From the human T2T-CHM13v2.0 reference genome, Homo sapiens, in the NCBI RefSeq assembly GCF_009914755.1, contig NC_060931.1: DNA of 64,000 bases; one strand, 5' to 3'. Below are positions 10,363 through 24,339 of this stretch, piece after piece (the stretch's first letter is position 1; every line of letters starts with the position of its first letter). Both the position numbers and the translations under genes were made by a program. The notes beneath the pieces were generated by a model. It ran no database searches. It was not told the origin of the DNA and saw only the letters and a list, made by a program, of their open reading frames with translations.

Positions 10363-11855
10363 ATGAGAAAGGGTTTGCAAACTATTCACCCAACAAGGGA
10401 TTAACATCTGGAATATACAAGGAACTCAAACAACTCATCAATGAAAAATAAATACATACATCATTTGATTAAAAAGTGGGCAAAGAATCTGAATAGACAT
10501 TTCTCAAAAGAAGACATACAAATGGCCAAGAAGTACAGTCATACTCTGTATAATAATGTTTTGGTCAATGATAGACCATATATATATATACCATGGTGGT
10601 CCCATACGATTATAGTGGAGCTGCAAAATTCCTATCATCTAATGATGTTATAGTCATTGTACTGTCATAGTGCAACACATTACTTCTTTTCTATGTTTAG
10701 GTATGTTTGTTTAGACACATGAATACCTACCATTGTGTTACAATTCCCTACAGTATTCAGTACAATAACATGTTGTACAGATGTATAATCTAGGAACAAT
10801 AAGTTATACCACATAGTTTAGGTGTGTAATAGGCTATATCATCTAGGTTTGTATAAGTACACTCTATGATGTTCCCACAATGATGAAATAACCTACAAAT
10901 GCATTTTAAATAACATATCCTTGTTATTAAGGGATGCATAACTGTATATAAAAAATGCTCAACATTGCTAATCATCAGGAAAGTGCAAATCAAAATCATA
11001 ATTAGATATCATCTCACTCCAGTTAGAATGGCCATTATCAAAAAGACACAAAATAACAAATGCTGGTGAGGATATGGAGAAAAGAGAACTCACACCTTGT
11101 TGATGGGAATATAAATTAGTATAGCCATTATGGAAAACAGTAGGAGTTTCCTCGAAAAACTAAAAAATGGAACTATCATATTACCCAGAACTCCCACTAC
11201 TGGTTATATATCCAAAGGAAAGGAAATCAGTGTGTTAAAGAGATATCTGCACTCTCATGTTTATTGTGACACTACTCACAACAGCTAAGATATGGAATTA
11301 AGCTAAGCATCCATCAGTGGATGAATGGATAAAGAAAATATGGTATATAAACCTAATGGAATACAATTCAGCCATAAAAAGGATAAAATCCTGTCATTTG
11401 CTACAACATGGATGAGCCTGGAGGACATTAAGTGAAATAAGCTAAGCACAGAAAGATAAATACTACATGTTCTCACTTATATGTGGAAGCTGGAAACGTT
11501 GATCTTATAGAGGCAGAGAGTAGAATAGTGATTACTAGAAGCTGGGAAGAGGAGGGAGGGGGAATAGGCAGAGGTTGGTAAATGGATACAAAATTACAGC
11601 ATGACAGGAGGAATAAGTTCCAGTGTTTTATAGCATTATAATTAACAATTTATTGTGACTATAGTTAACAATAATTTATTGTATGCTTTCAAATAGCTAG
11701 AAGATTTTGATTGTTCATAATATGAATGATGAATTAGATGACAGATATGCTAATTACCCTTATTTGGTTATTATGCATTGTATACGTGTATTGAAACACA
11801 CACCGTACCCTATAAATAGGTAAAATTATTATTTGTCAATTAAAGATTTAAAAAG
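10363..11855 (+). mobile_element. L1MA/L1PB-type 3' fragment
   Basis: ORF2 end ([17 protein letters not shown]) + 3' UTR; TSD AGAATGTT(C/G)TCTTCTT at 10347-10362 and 11856-11871. Confidence 0.9.
10536..10944. mobile_element. Tigger3-family (Golem) non-autonomous DNA transposon inside the L1
   Basis: CAGTCAT...ATAACTG termini with TA TSD. Confidence 0.8.
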
Positions 11856-12825
11856 AGAATGTTGTCTTCTTCCTAATACAGGGAGGGTGCCTGTACATGG
11901 GAAATTTTATGTCTTGTTTTCGGCAGGAAGGAAGAAAGCAGAGTGCCCTTCTTGCATCTTCAATCACTCTCAACTCAAAATAACTAATATGCCAAAGTGG
12001 CATATTTTGGGGTAGCATGTCCTGAATCCTTTCATAAGCATTGTGCTAAGTGTTTTATATACATTATTTCATCAAAATTTCACAAGGGACCTATGAGATA
12101 GTTGCTTTATTGCCCATATTTTACAGTTTAAAATACAAACAAAACTAAAGCACAGTGAAGTGAAATAGTTTGGGCAAGATCACATTGCTACTACATTGAG
12201 AAACCAGATTCTAGGCCTGTTGATCCTAATCTAGAAAACTAAATTACTTAGTCCAGTAGTTTAGGTATTTACAGACATTGCTTAAGGAATTCTCAGACAG
12301 ATAAGAATTCTATTCTTGTTGCTGAAGAGATTAAAGAGATTAAGTAACTTACTAAGGCTAGTTAATTAGAAAGTGGCTGCCCTTAGGATTTAAAACCCAA
12401 GTGTGTCAGCCTCCAAAGTTTTTGGGTATTCAAGTGATTTAATCCATTCCACAGTTAAAAAATACATTTTATGCTGTTACTCAGTAGACATACACATACA
12501 AATATATAACTGATAGAAAAGGTTCATAAAACAATACTCACCCTTATTCATGCAATGACACTCTGGTACTTCTTATTCTATCCTAACCTATTTTATCCTA
12601 TCCTATTCTACACTATTATAGTCTATTTTATGGGTTTTTTTTAAAGGCTTATTACAAGCAATTAAATTTACTTTATGACTCACTATAGGTTGTGACCTTC
12701 AGTCTGGAAAAAAATGCTAGGTATAGGCTTACTTAATATCATTTTCTTGTATTACTGTGTTCTCAACTACTCTCTGTTGTGCTTAAAATGAATTGGACTA
12801 CTTAAGTGAAATTTAGTTGTGGCTT

Positions 12826-13420
12826 TGTTGTAAGACTAACAAGTTCATATGCCTGCTGCACAGTAACAGTGCAATGCACTGAGACAGCAGTGTTTGCAGC
12901 AGAGAAAGAGTTTATTGATTGCAGGGCAGCCAGGTTAGGGGATGGGAGGAGACTCTCAAATCCATCTCTTCAAGGATTCCTGGGATGAGGTTTTTAAGGG
13001 GATTGTGGAGGACAACGGGCTGGAAGATTAGGGTTATTGATTGGTTGGGGTAAGAGGGATGAAGTCATTAGGATGTGGAAATTTTATTCTTTGGTAAAAG
13101 GAGACGAGTTAGCTCCTCATGGGGTCCCTCAGACCAGCTGGTATCAGTAGTTTCACTGGTACACAGGACTTAAAAAACATCTCAAAGGGAAAACTTACAT
13201 TTAGTAATGTTCAAGTTGTCATGTAGAGCAGTTAGGGGGAATTGCAATCTTATAGCAGTCTACGTGATTCTGCAGCAACAGGGAAACAGTATAAGGAAGT
13301 GGGTCAGAGAGCAAGCTAACCTAATGTTTAATGCTGAGTGTGCTGCAGGCTTGGTTTATCTTAGTTCTCCCCCTCCCTTCTTCCCTGATAAATTCTATAA
13401 AGTTTATGGGAATGGTTTCA
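12826..13420 (-). mobile_element. ERV1 (MER4-group, LTR54/LTR51-like) solo LTR
   Basis: Minus strand starts TGAAACCATTCCCATAAACTTTATAG; AATAAA polyA signal ~12912-12917 on the minus strand. Confidence 0.7.
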
Positions 13421-14034
13421 CTCTGTAATGCTCTTTCTAAATAGATTTTAGCTAGAGATGGTCTCAGAGTGGAGGGGCTGACTGAATTCTGCTGCAGAAG
13501 TGTTGTTTTAGCTCTCCAATTTCCCTTTTAATGAGAAGCATGTGATCTCTATGGAGGCAAAACACCAGCAGTGTCTCAGTTTATTGGTGGAGATAAAGGG
13601 ACAATTGTAAATACAACTTGCTCTGAGTTTCTACAATTTGAAATGAATTTTGCTATGTATAACTCTTCCTCCTCCCACCTCACCTTTCTTATTAACCACA
13701 TTCTTTACAGAAGACTTAGATTATTGTTATTACCCCCAAGCATCTCTGTATTGTCTAAATCAGTATCCATGGCAAATATTTCTTTAATGTTCTTAGGCTA
13801 GGGGTTTACAATCTCTAAATTTTTATAGAGATACCCCTAATCTAATTGCATACATTGGCTTTTATGGCTCCCAAAATGTCAAAAGGAATCCTCTCCACAC
13901 CTATTACAGTTACCTTTCTCATAGTTCGGAATAAATTCAAATGAGCCATAATAAGCAATATTTAATAATGTTGGTAGTCCAGGGGAAATAACTCTACACT
14001 TTAGAGTCACATAGCTTCTTAAAAAAACACTTCA

Positions 14035-14389
<355 letters not shown>

Positions 14390-14802
14390 TTAGGAATTAC
14401 TGATGTATTTTTAAAGAGTTAAGTGATGCTTAAAGATTGAATAATTTGGATCTTCCAGCTTTGGTATAATAGAACTACAAATGGAAATAAAGCCTCAATT
14501 CTTTTCTGGATCTGAGTTCCTTAGTCTTTTTAGACATGTGTTTCATCAGCTTCCACCTCCCATGGGCAGATGGAAGACAGTAAGGATAGAAAGTAAAAGG
14601 TAAAAAGTGAATGTGAGAAGACAGAAAAAAAGTCATTGTCAAGAAAGACATTAATAAATGTTTCTAGTGTTGTTTTGTGGCACAAGTATATTCAAATCTT
14701 GTACCATATCACATTAGTTAGAAAGAATGGTGGCAGTTGGTGCTGGGAAGATGTTTGATTGCCTAAGACTTTAGTTATAGTTTTGCTGTCACAAAATGTG
14801 CT

Positions 14803-14980
14803 TTTTTTTTTTTTTTCCTTAAAGAGATGGAGTCTCACTGTGTTGCCCAGGCTAGAGTACAGTGGCTGTTCACAGGCATGATATGGGCACAGTGCAGTCT
14901 CAAACTCCTGGCCTCAAGTGATTCTCTGGCTTCAGCTTTCCAAGCAACTGGGACTACAGACACATACCACCATGCCTGGC
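14803..14980 (-). mobile_element. Old Alu monomer (FRAM/AluJ fragment)
   Basis: T tail + right-arm sequence. Confidence 0.85.
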
Positions 14981-15718
14981 TGTAGAAAATGTGTATTCTT
15001 AAGGTAGACTTCAAGACATAGCTTTTTAGGAAGATAAATAATAAGCCACTTACCACTCTGATAAGATTTTTAAACAAGTCACCTATCCTAAGGAAAAATT
15101 CAGTCTGCATCCTAAGTGCTCCATTTAGAGGCTTGATATCTCTATAGGCATCAGATGCCTTAAATAGATAAGAGGAAACATACTTGTTGCATTATCTTTT
15201 GAAGGTGAGCTAATATATATTTATTGGCATTTATCTTCAGCATTGGTTAATGTGCTTAGTTACAATTGATGTGATTGGGTCCCTATTGCCTTTGGACAAA
15301 GGTGTTTTCTGTTTGTGTTTGACTGTAGTGGCTATTTGGATCTTTAATACAATCCCATATGTAGAAGATTTAGTAACTATGACTTTGGCAAATCATAGAA
15401 ATAAAACCCAAAAGTCATCTGACTGGTCGAGAGAAGAGAAACACTGGTTATTGCTAATAGACGGTTAATTGCAAACCCATAGCCCTCATTATGGTTATTA
15501 TACTTTTGTGAACTTCATTACGTAATGCACCAGTAATAATAAAGGTGTTTGTCATTCTTCTTAAACTTCAGCCTAACTTGGTACTGAGCCCTTTGCCTTA
15601 GTGCTAGGCAGCTGAACCACTGTAATCGCAGAACCGGGATTGGTCCTAGGTTTTTTTTTATAGTGGGATGTTGGATTGACTGAAAATCAATTATCACTGA
15701 TCTCAGCCTGGGGTTTAA

Positions 15719-16098
<380 letters not shown>

Positions 16099-16409
16099 TC
16101 AAGTCTTTATTCAATTACTTCATTTCAATCATATCTGGGTGCGTCAGCCTTACGCTTGCCTACGAAAGACATACTAGTCTTCTGAATAATGCTTGTGTTC
16201 TGTGGCTTCTGGATGACATGCTTGGTTTTTCTTTGAATATTTTGACTTTAAGTTTCATCATCAGCCATAATTTTGAGTTTACTTAAACTCAAAGGACATC
16301 AAATTCGTTTAGTTAATTAACTAATTAACTAATTTAGCATGCACAAGAGGAGAGACAAAGATTTTCTGCTAATCAAACTCTAATCAGGCTCATTTGTGCA
16401 TTATTTTTG

Positions 16410-16823
16410 TCTAAGTTTCAGACTCTGGGCTTGGGTGTCCTTCCTTTCAGAGTCCAGTTCTAGCAAGAACCTGCAAGTCAGTTTAGCAAGAATTCCCCAT
16501 CTTCTATTTCAGATTACTCTTGGGGGTTCCTCATCCTCCGTCACCCCCCAGGAGATGTCTGATCACCCCGGCCAGCCTTCAGTAAGAGTACTGTTAGGTT
16601 GTTTTCACCAGAACCTGCCTTACCTGAGATCTTTCCTCTTAGTAATTTTCTATCCTGCTGATCCCCACCCTGCCTTTGGCTACAAATTATCACTTTTCCT
16701 TGTTGTTTTTGGAATTGAGCCCAGTATTATACTGAGGTTTTGTTTCCCCTATTGCAATTGTTTTTTTCTGAATTAAATCTGTTTTCACTGCTGTAATTAC
16801 TGCTTACTTCTTTTTTTTTTGAC
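16410..16823 (+). mobile_element. MER31/MER67-like ERV1 LTR fragment
   Basis: AGTCAGTTTAGCAAGAA, GATCACCCCGGCCAGCCTTCAGTAAG, GGAATTGAGCCCA motifs. Confidence 0.6.
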
Positions 16824-17197
16824 TGCACTGTGGCTTCTGATTGGTGGATTTAGTTTGTGTTTGAACATCTTCATTTTAAAGTGTCACCATTGGTCATAAT
16901 TTTGAGTTTAGTGAAATTTAAAGTATATCAAGTTCATTTATATAATTTACTAATTAACTCACTTAGCATGCATCAATTGGGTACCAATTGATGAGTGGCT
17001 CTGAAAATTGAACAATAAACTAATCCTAAAATTAAAGGTGTATTATATGCATTCTTTAATAAGCTCTGAGACCTACAAAGATATTTTGGACATAAAATGT
17101 TATTCACATTTTTTTCCCCAAAGGAATTATCTTCCAAGAATAAGATGAATTATTTTCTTATTTTTAATACAACATAATTAGTATTGACTTACCATGC

Positions 17198-17505
17198 TTT
17201 TTTTTTTTTTTAATTTTAAGAGATGGGGCCTCACTTTGTCATCCGGGCTGGGGTGTGGTGGTGCAGTCACAGCTCACTGCAGCTTTAAATTCCTGGCTTA
17301 GAATGATTCTCCAACCATAACCTCCCCAGTAGCTGGTACTACAAGCTCATACCACCATGCCCAGCTAACTTTTTTATTTTCTATTTTTTTAAACATGGGG
17401 GTCTTCCTATGTTGCCCAGACTGGCCTCAAACTCCTGGCCTCAAGTGATCCTTCCACGTTGGCATCTCAAATCTCTGGAATTACAGCCATGAGCTATGGT
17501 GGTGC
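17198..17505 (-). mobile_element. AluJ
   Basis: Diverged dimeric Alu with T tail. Confidence 0.88.
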
Positions 17506-17566
17506 TTGAACCTATAATGCATTTTTAAAATGTGAAAGTACTAATATTTCTTATAACACATCAATG

Positions 17567-17658
17567 TAAATATTGAGTCAATGCTGAAGAATTCAATATT
17601 TCCAATTCATGTTAAATATTGAGTCAATGCTGAAGGATTCAATATTTCCAATTCATGT
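17567..17658. repeat. 46-bp tandem duplication
   Basis: TAAATATTGAGTCAATGCTGAAG(A/G)ATTCAATATTTCCAATTCATGT x2, one mismatch. Confidence 0.95.
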
Positions 17659-17887
17659 TTAATGATTGTGATTTTCTAGTCTCTTACATATATTAATTCC
17701 TAATTACACCATTACAATAGGACAAGTTTACTGTACAAATTGGACATGTGTGAGTTATATCTCTATGTTTCAAAAGAGTAATTAAATAAAATTTTATTTT
17801 GGGAACTGCTCTTGAAGGATTTCATTATTTATTTGGCTCTTCTTTTTCTCCCTCCTCTCTCTCTTCCCATCTTAAAAAGCAGGATTC

Positions 17888-20800
17888 TGTAAACCAAAAG
17901 GTATCTGAGACAGGTCTCAAAACATTTAGAAAATTTATTTTGCTAAGGCTATGGACACACCTGTGACACAGCCTCAGGAGGTCCTGACAATGTGTTCCCA
18001 AGTTGGTCGGGGTGCAGCTTGCTTTTATACATTTTAAGGAGATGTGAGACATTAATCAATATGTGTAAGATGTACATTGGTTTGGTGTGGCAGGGCGGGA
18101 CAACTTGAGGTGGGAGCTACCAGGTCATAAGTAGATAAGAGACAAAAGGTGGCATTCTTCTGAGTCCTTGATCAGCTTTCCATTGAATATACAATTTAGT
18201 CTGGCTCAGTAAATCTGCATTTTTACATAAACAATAGGACAGAGGAAGCAATCAGATATGCATGTCTCAGGTGAGCCTCAGTGGGCTGACTTTGAGTTCT
18301 GTCTGTCCTTTGTTCACAAGGAATTCCCTTGTGGGCAAATTGTGCGGGAGGTATGTAGCTTTTTACCTTTGTATCTAGCTCATTTAGGAATAAAATGGGA
18401 AGCAGGTTTGCCTGACATAGTTCCCAGGTTGACTTTTTCCTTGGCTTAGTGATTTGGGCGTCCTAAGGTTTATTTTTCTTTCACATTCTCCCCTTTTCTT
18501 TTAAAAGTCTTTCAGGAAAAGCATTTTAGAAGAAAATGGGTCCCTGGTGTCAGGTTTTGTCTCATCCCTTGTGGCTAGGGCAGTTTATTCCTAGACAGGT
18601 AGGTCCCACATTATTAGTAAAGCTCATTTTTAGCAGGTTGTGAAATCTCACATTCTACAGAAAGAAAATAGGGAGAGGAAGGGAGAAAAACAACAACAAA
18701 CGAAGAAGTGAGCAATACTGGAAAATTGATATAGGCACTATTACTCTGAAGTCTATGAATCAGTAGGCTGGTATGAAAGTGGTTTATGTATGTAAATAGG
18801 TTGCTGTTATTTTCTTCTAAAGTTTAAGTTGTCTAGCTTCAGTTTGCAGGACTTTAAAAAAGCACAGCTTAATTTTTAGTGATTTCAAATCAGGAAAAAT
18901 GGGGAAAAAGAGGAATAGAAGAAAAAATTTAATAGATTATTTTGTAGACTGGTAGTCAGGAAAAATTTTAGAATTCAGTCCAAACTGTAAGTTCAGTCCA
19001 AATAATAAAAATTGAAAAATATTCGGCAAGACTAGAATCTAACAACAGGTGTACTACAGTTATTTACTGCCTCAGAGACCTTTTTTCTAAACTGTAGCTT
19101 AAAACAAAGGTCTCTGAGATAGTTTGAAACACATTTTTTCTTTCTCCAGTCCTATTTTCACTAAAGACAAGTCAAAGGACAAATTCAGCTGCAAAATAAG
19201 TTTTAGTCTTATTATACTTGGCCATAGTATATGCATAAAATCAGCAAGAATAATTGTTTCTTTTTTAAAAAATTGGCTTTGCTGAAACTTTATTCCATAA
19301 GGATTCTCAGATTTGACTTTAATGCCTTAAGCCCAGCCTGTGCCTGCAGATACCTGTATTAATGGAGTGAATTCCTCACCTCAAGGTCCCAAGGAACCTT
19401 GGGGCTCCTGGGACTGTCAGAAAGTGACATTCTTTACTTACCACAGGTCAGCAACCTGTGCAGGGACTGTGTAGACAAGATATAAGATCAGCTTTCTGAA
19501 GGGGCTTTTATTGCCTCTTTAATTCAACTTTGATTCCTTAAAGGAGTCTGTATCTGAAAGAATTCCATTCCAGTAAAAAACCTTGGTAAAATAACTAGTG
19601 TCTACAATTATGTCCTGTTACAAAAGAAAACAAATTCTTATTACACTTATGCAAATAACTATATTGCTATAAGTTAAGCATACTTGCAACTAGTTTCCAA
19701 ATTTTGGAGAAATCATGTAGAGAGAAATATGCTCCAAATTTTGTTTGTAGGAGTATACTTTACTCAATTATTAAAAGCTGTAAATATTTCAAAAGAAAAG
19801 TTTTTCTTACCTCTGATAAACAAAGGATCAGCAACATTTTAAGCAAAAAGTAATAAAAGGATTTATTTCAGTCTTCCATGCGGTTTAGTCTATGCAGTTA
19901 ACTCCTGTTCTGCTTGATATTCATGAACATTTCAGCTCTCTTTAAGAATCTTGGAAGTTTTCCCTCTATTCTAGTGTCACAATCTCCAAAGTTATCAGAA
20001 ACCTGCCTTCAAGTGCACCCGTCAGAATCCTATGCTGGTTATAATGCCACCTTTTGAAAAGGATAAAAATAAAACTGCAGATGACAAAAGTCTTAGAACA
20101 GTCATAGTTAAATACACAATTTACAAGAAAATTGGTTACTTCTGTGGCATACAACAATTTCACATAATAATCATAATTATTACTGATAACATATGCTAAG
20201 ATGTATTAGAAGCACAGGAATTTCATACAATTTTGGAACACAAACTAATTACACATTTATGTAAATATAATTCAAAGAAGGTTAAACATTTTTTCATATT
20301 TGACAATACTTCCTGTATGATTTTATTATATCAAATAAACCAAATATCTCTTATAAACTTTAGGGAACTAATATCAATAAATTTATGAGGACCAAAATTA
20401 GAATTTGATTTTGGAAAGTGTTTCAAATATAAAATGTTTAGAACCCTTGATATCACAAAATAGGATTACAGTCATTGTAAAGTAAGTCATTTATTTAGCC
20501 AAAGTGATAACTCAAAGATTAAAAAAACGAAAGCAGAAACCTTTATCTTTGAGAGAGGAGACCAAACAATAAGCCTTAATAAAGACAGAATGAAGTCAGT
20601 TAAATATGTCTCTCAAATCTTATAAACTGCCTGTAAAACTTTAATTATCTTGACCATAAGATATAATTTCCATAAGCCTTTTTATAACCTTTATAACCTT
20701 TTATTAAGAAGTGGGTTAATTCTCCAAGAAAACCTTGTTAATCTAACACAGGAGTCCATATTCTGGTCTTGCTTCAGCGTGCCTTCAACATTAATGGTTA

Positions 20801-23760
20801 ATTTATAGAGAAACTGAACTTATTTTTTCTCAAAATCAGCCCTTATGATCTCACATGCCTAGCTCTTCTGCTATAGTCCCTGGGCCTTGAATTGAATAGT
20901 TTTAGTTTCTGGCCCTGTATCTCATGAACACAGTTTATTTTGATTGGCATCTTCTACTGGGTCTGAAAATGAGGCTTTAACTGCTGTCGGTTTTTAAGAT
21001 TTAGCAAGATTTGGGGTCCTTTTTAGACTCAGAAGTCAAAGCCCTGTACTCAATGACACAAGGACTGTAAAAGCACCTGCAGAAAGTTACACGGATGTAA
21101 TAACCTTAATTAAATAAAAATTTAATCTCAGTTTTTTTCCTAAGCAAACCCAAACTTAGTAATAATGACACAGAAATTATTTTGATAAAATGTAAAATCT
21201 GTTTGTTAGGCCCAGTTACCAAAAGGCAAAAGAAAAGAACTTCTGCAATGTGACTGCTGCTCCCTGTGGGAAGTTCATTTAGATAATCCTCATGTCAGAC
21301 CTAATGAGAATGGCACTTGAATTAATTAGCCATAGGAGGTGCTTCCTGAGCAATTTAAAGCCAAGAGCACAGAATATTATGTTGGAAGAAAACATTTCCT
21401 TTAGACCTTCAAGATAAAACATTATTAGCATCAGGCCAAAACAATTATGACCCAAAGAAAAAACTTACAGTAGCTGAAAATGAATTGAAGGACAGAGCTA
21501 TAATTTCAGTCCTTTTAAAAGGGGAGAGAAACCTGAAAACAATGAGACACAGTAAAAGTTGAACTTTGCATAAAAAAATTATAAAGTCCTGTAATTTTAT
21601 TAAGAGTAAAGCAATACCTTAAGAAAATCTCATTATTCTAACCAATTATTTAGTGTATAAGTGGGGTTTTAAAAATATTAAATATAGACAACTTGATCAT
21701 ATAAAATTTTTTTTTCTTTTCATAAACCTTCTTATTATGACTTACACAGACATTGGGCATGGTTGTCCTGAACATCCCTCTTTCTTTAACAACCAGTCAT
21801 TTTATTTTAGGACAAAAATTTACCATATAAGATTCTTTTGCATATAAAATTATTTTTCTTTAAGCTTTCTTACCAAAAATACCTCTTTATTTCTATAACT
21901 TTCTTTACATCTCTCTTATTTCCAGGTTACTCTTACCTTGTTTTATACATAACCTTTAAAAAAGTTTGAATTAGACAAAAAGTATTCTTCTTTTAACATT
22001 TTGGGAGGTTAATTTTGGGAGGAAAGGCAATGAAGAAGATTCTTCAGAATGCACCTCTGAATTAGAATTAGGATACTAAACAACAGCTTCCTAGGAGGAA
22101 AAAAAAAAGTGAAGAACACTTCCAGTAACTGTCCTCAGCCAGCTTTAACTTTGTTAGTTTTTGTCCACCATTACACATGCCAAGGTCAAATCCTCTCTCA
22201 GTACAAGGTAATCTTTGGTACCCTCTAAAGCCAAAGAGGTCAGGTTATGCAAATACAGGAGAGCAGACCTTTAGACCTAAGAAGAATCTGCCCATCACTC
22301 TTGAAACTCTACAAAGAAAACAGAACACCCCAAAAAGGGGCAAGAGGTGCCTGTGTTCTGAGTTCTTTAGGGGGTTTGAGTCATTAGAAGCCTCTTTAGA
22401 TTTTCCCTGGTATTGAAGATGGTGAAAGGGGAGGAAGGAATAGGGTGAAGAAAAGTAAATGAAAGAACAGTTGTTTTTTAAGACAGAAAGCAAACACAGA
22501 AACCAAGCCCCTGTTTTTTTTTTCCCCTTTCTTTTGTAGCTATGAGGAATTTCAGCTAATTCAGACAGACCTTGTTCCCCATAATTTGTAATTCTTATTC
22601 AGATTTGACCAAGTCAGGTAGAGTTGGTCAACTCTGGGACCAGAGAGAAAGACCAGAACAAACAACAAAAAACCCCAACAGTATGATTACTGAACACTCT
22701 AATGGTAAGGAGAATTAAGACCAGCTGACTGTTAATCACAACTTTATCCAAGACAAAATCCCAATTCAGCTACTTACCAAGGAGTGGGTCTCAGGCTGAA
22801 GACAGCTCTCTACCATCCTAGAAGCAGGAAAAAATTCAAACTGGAATTCCCTGTTGGAAGTGAGCTCAAATTACAGAGAGGATTTACCTGCCTTCCATTG
22901 TCATGAAAGCAGAAAAACTTGCCTTCCTTGTTGGAAGCAAGTAAAACTCAGAAAAAGAGTTGCACAGCAAAATAAACGTTAGATCTCAACCAAATTTTGG
23001 GTGATTGGGGATTCTCTGGAGGGAGGGAAGCTTCCAGGCCTCAGCAAATCGTCCTGTTGGTTTGGGCCATAGAAGCTCAAGCTGGTACCAAGCCCAGTTG
23101 GAGATCTGTCAAAGGTCCAGGAGCTACCTCCATGCAGAGTCCCTTCCATTGGTCACCAAATTGTAAACCAAAAGGTATCTGAGATATGTCTTAATACATT
23201 TAGAAAGTTTATTTTGCCAAGGTTAAGGACGTGCCTGTGACACAGCTTCATGAGGTCCTGACAAATGTCCTCAAGTAGGTTAGGGTACAGCTTGCTTTTA
23301 TGCATTTGAGAGAGACATGAGACATCAGTCAGTATGTGTAAGATATACATTGGTTTGGTCCAGCAGGGCAGGACAACTTGAGGTGGGGGGCTTCCAAATT
23401 ATAAGTAGATAAGAGACAAAAGGTTGCCTTCTTTTGAGTCCTTGATCAGCCTTCCACTGCATACAAAATTTAGTCTGGTTCAGTGAATCTGCATTTTTAT
23501 ATAAACAATAAGGTAGAGGAAGCAATCAGATACGCATGTCTCAGGTGAGCCTCAGTGGGATGACTTTGAGTTCTGTCTGTCCTTTGTCCAGGAGGCATTT
23601 CCTTGTGGGCAAATTGTTTGGTAGGTGTGTAGCTTTTTTGAATTTGTAGCTAGCTTATTTAGGAATAAAATGGGAAGCAGGTTTGCCTGACATAGTTTCT
23701 AGGTTGACGTTTCCCTTGGCTTAGTGATTTTGTGGTCTCAAGATTTATTTTCCTTTGAAA
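17888..23760 (-). mobile_element. MER4(A1)-type provirus: 3' LTR 17888-18485, AT-rich non-coding internal region, 5' LTR 23162-23760
   Basis: Two ~600-bp direct repeats; PPT next to 18486; Arg-type PBS TGGTGACCAATGGAAGGGAC at 23139-23158; flanks ATTC/ACTC. Confidence 0.9.
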
Positions 23761-23981
23761 ACTCATAAAAGTAGTATTTTTCTATCATAAAAAATATCCA
23801 ACCTGTTTTATCATTTTGAAAATGTTAATTTTAATTTGTTTTGTTAATTTTTAAAGGAGAAATTATTTTTCTTTTATAATAAATGCTGTATTTTCTTGAA
23901 AACTGTTCCATGAAGTATATGCTTCATTTGTATTACACTAGAGAAATATGTTATTAATTTAACCAAATGCTGAGCAATAAG

Positions 23982-24282
<301 letters not shown>

Positions 24283-24290
24283 TTAAAACA

Positions 24291-24291
<1 letters not shown>

Positions 24292-24336
<45 letters not shown>
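24292..24336. repeat. (CA)n microsatellite, ~22 units
   Basis: Directly visible. Confidence 0.97.

Positions 24337-24339
<3 letters not shown>

Larger units (their letters stand above)
9641..12034 (-). mobile_element. MER34 5' LTR, split by two L1 insertions
   Basis: Minus strand start TGAAAGGATTCAGGACATGCTACCCCAAAATATGCCACTTTGGCATAT; end CCTGTTAATCT...CCCTACA; adjacent PBS. Confidence 0.85.
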
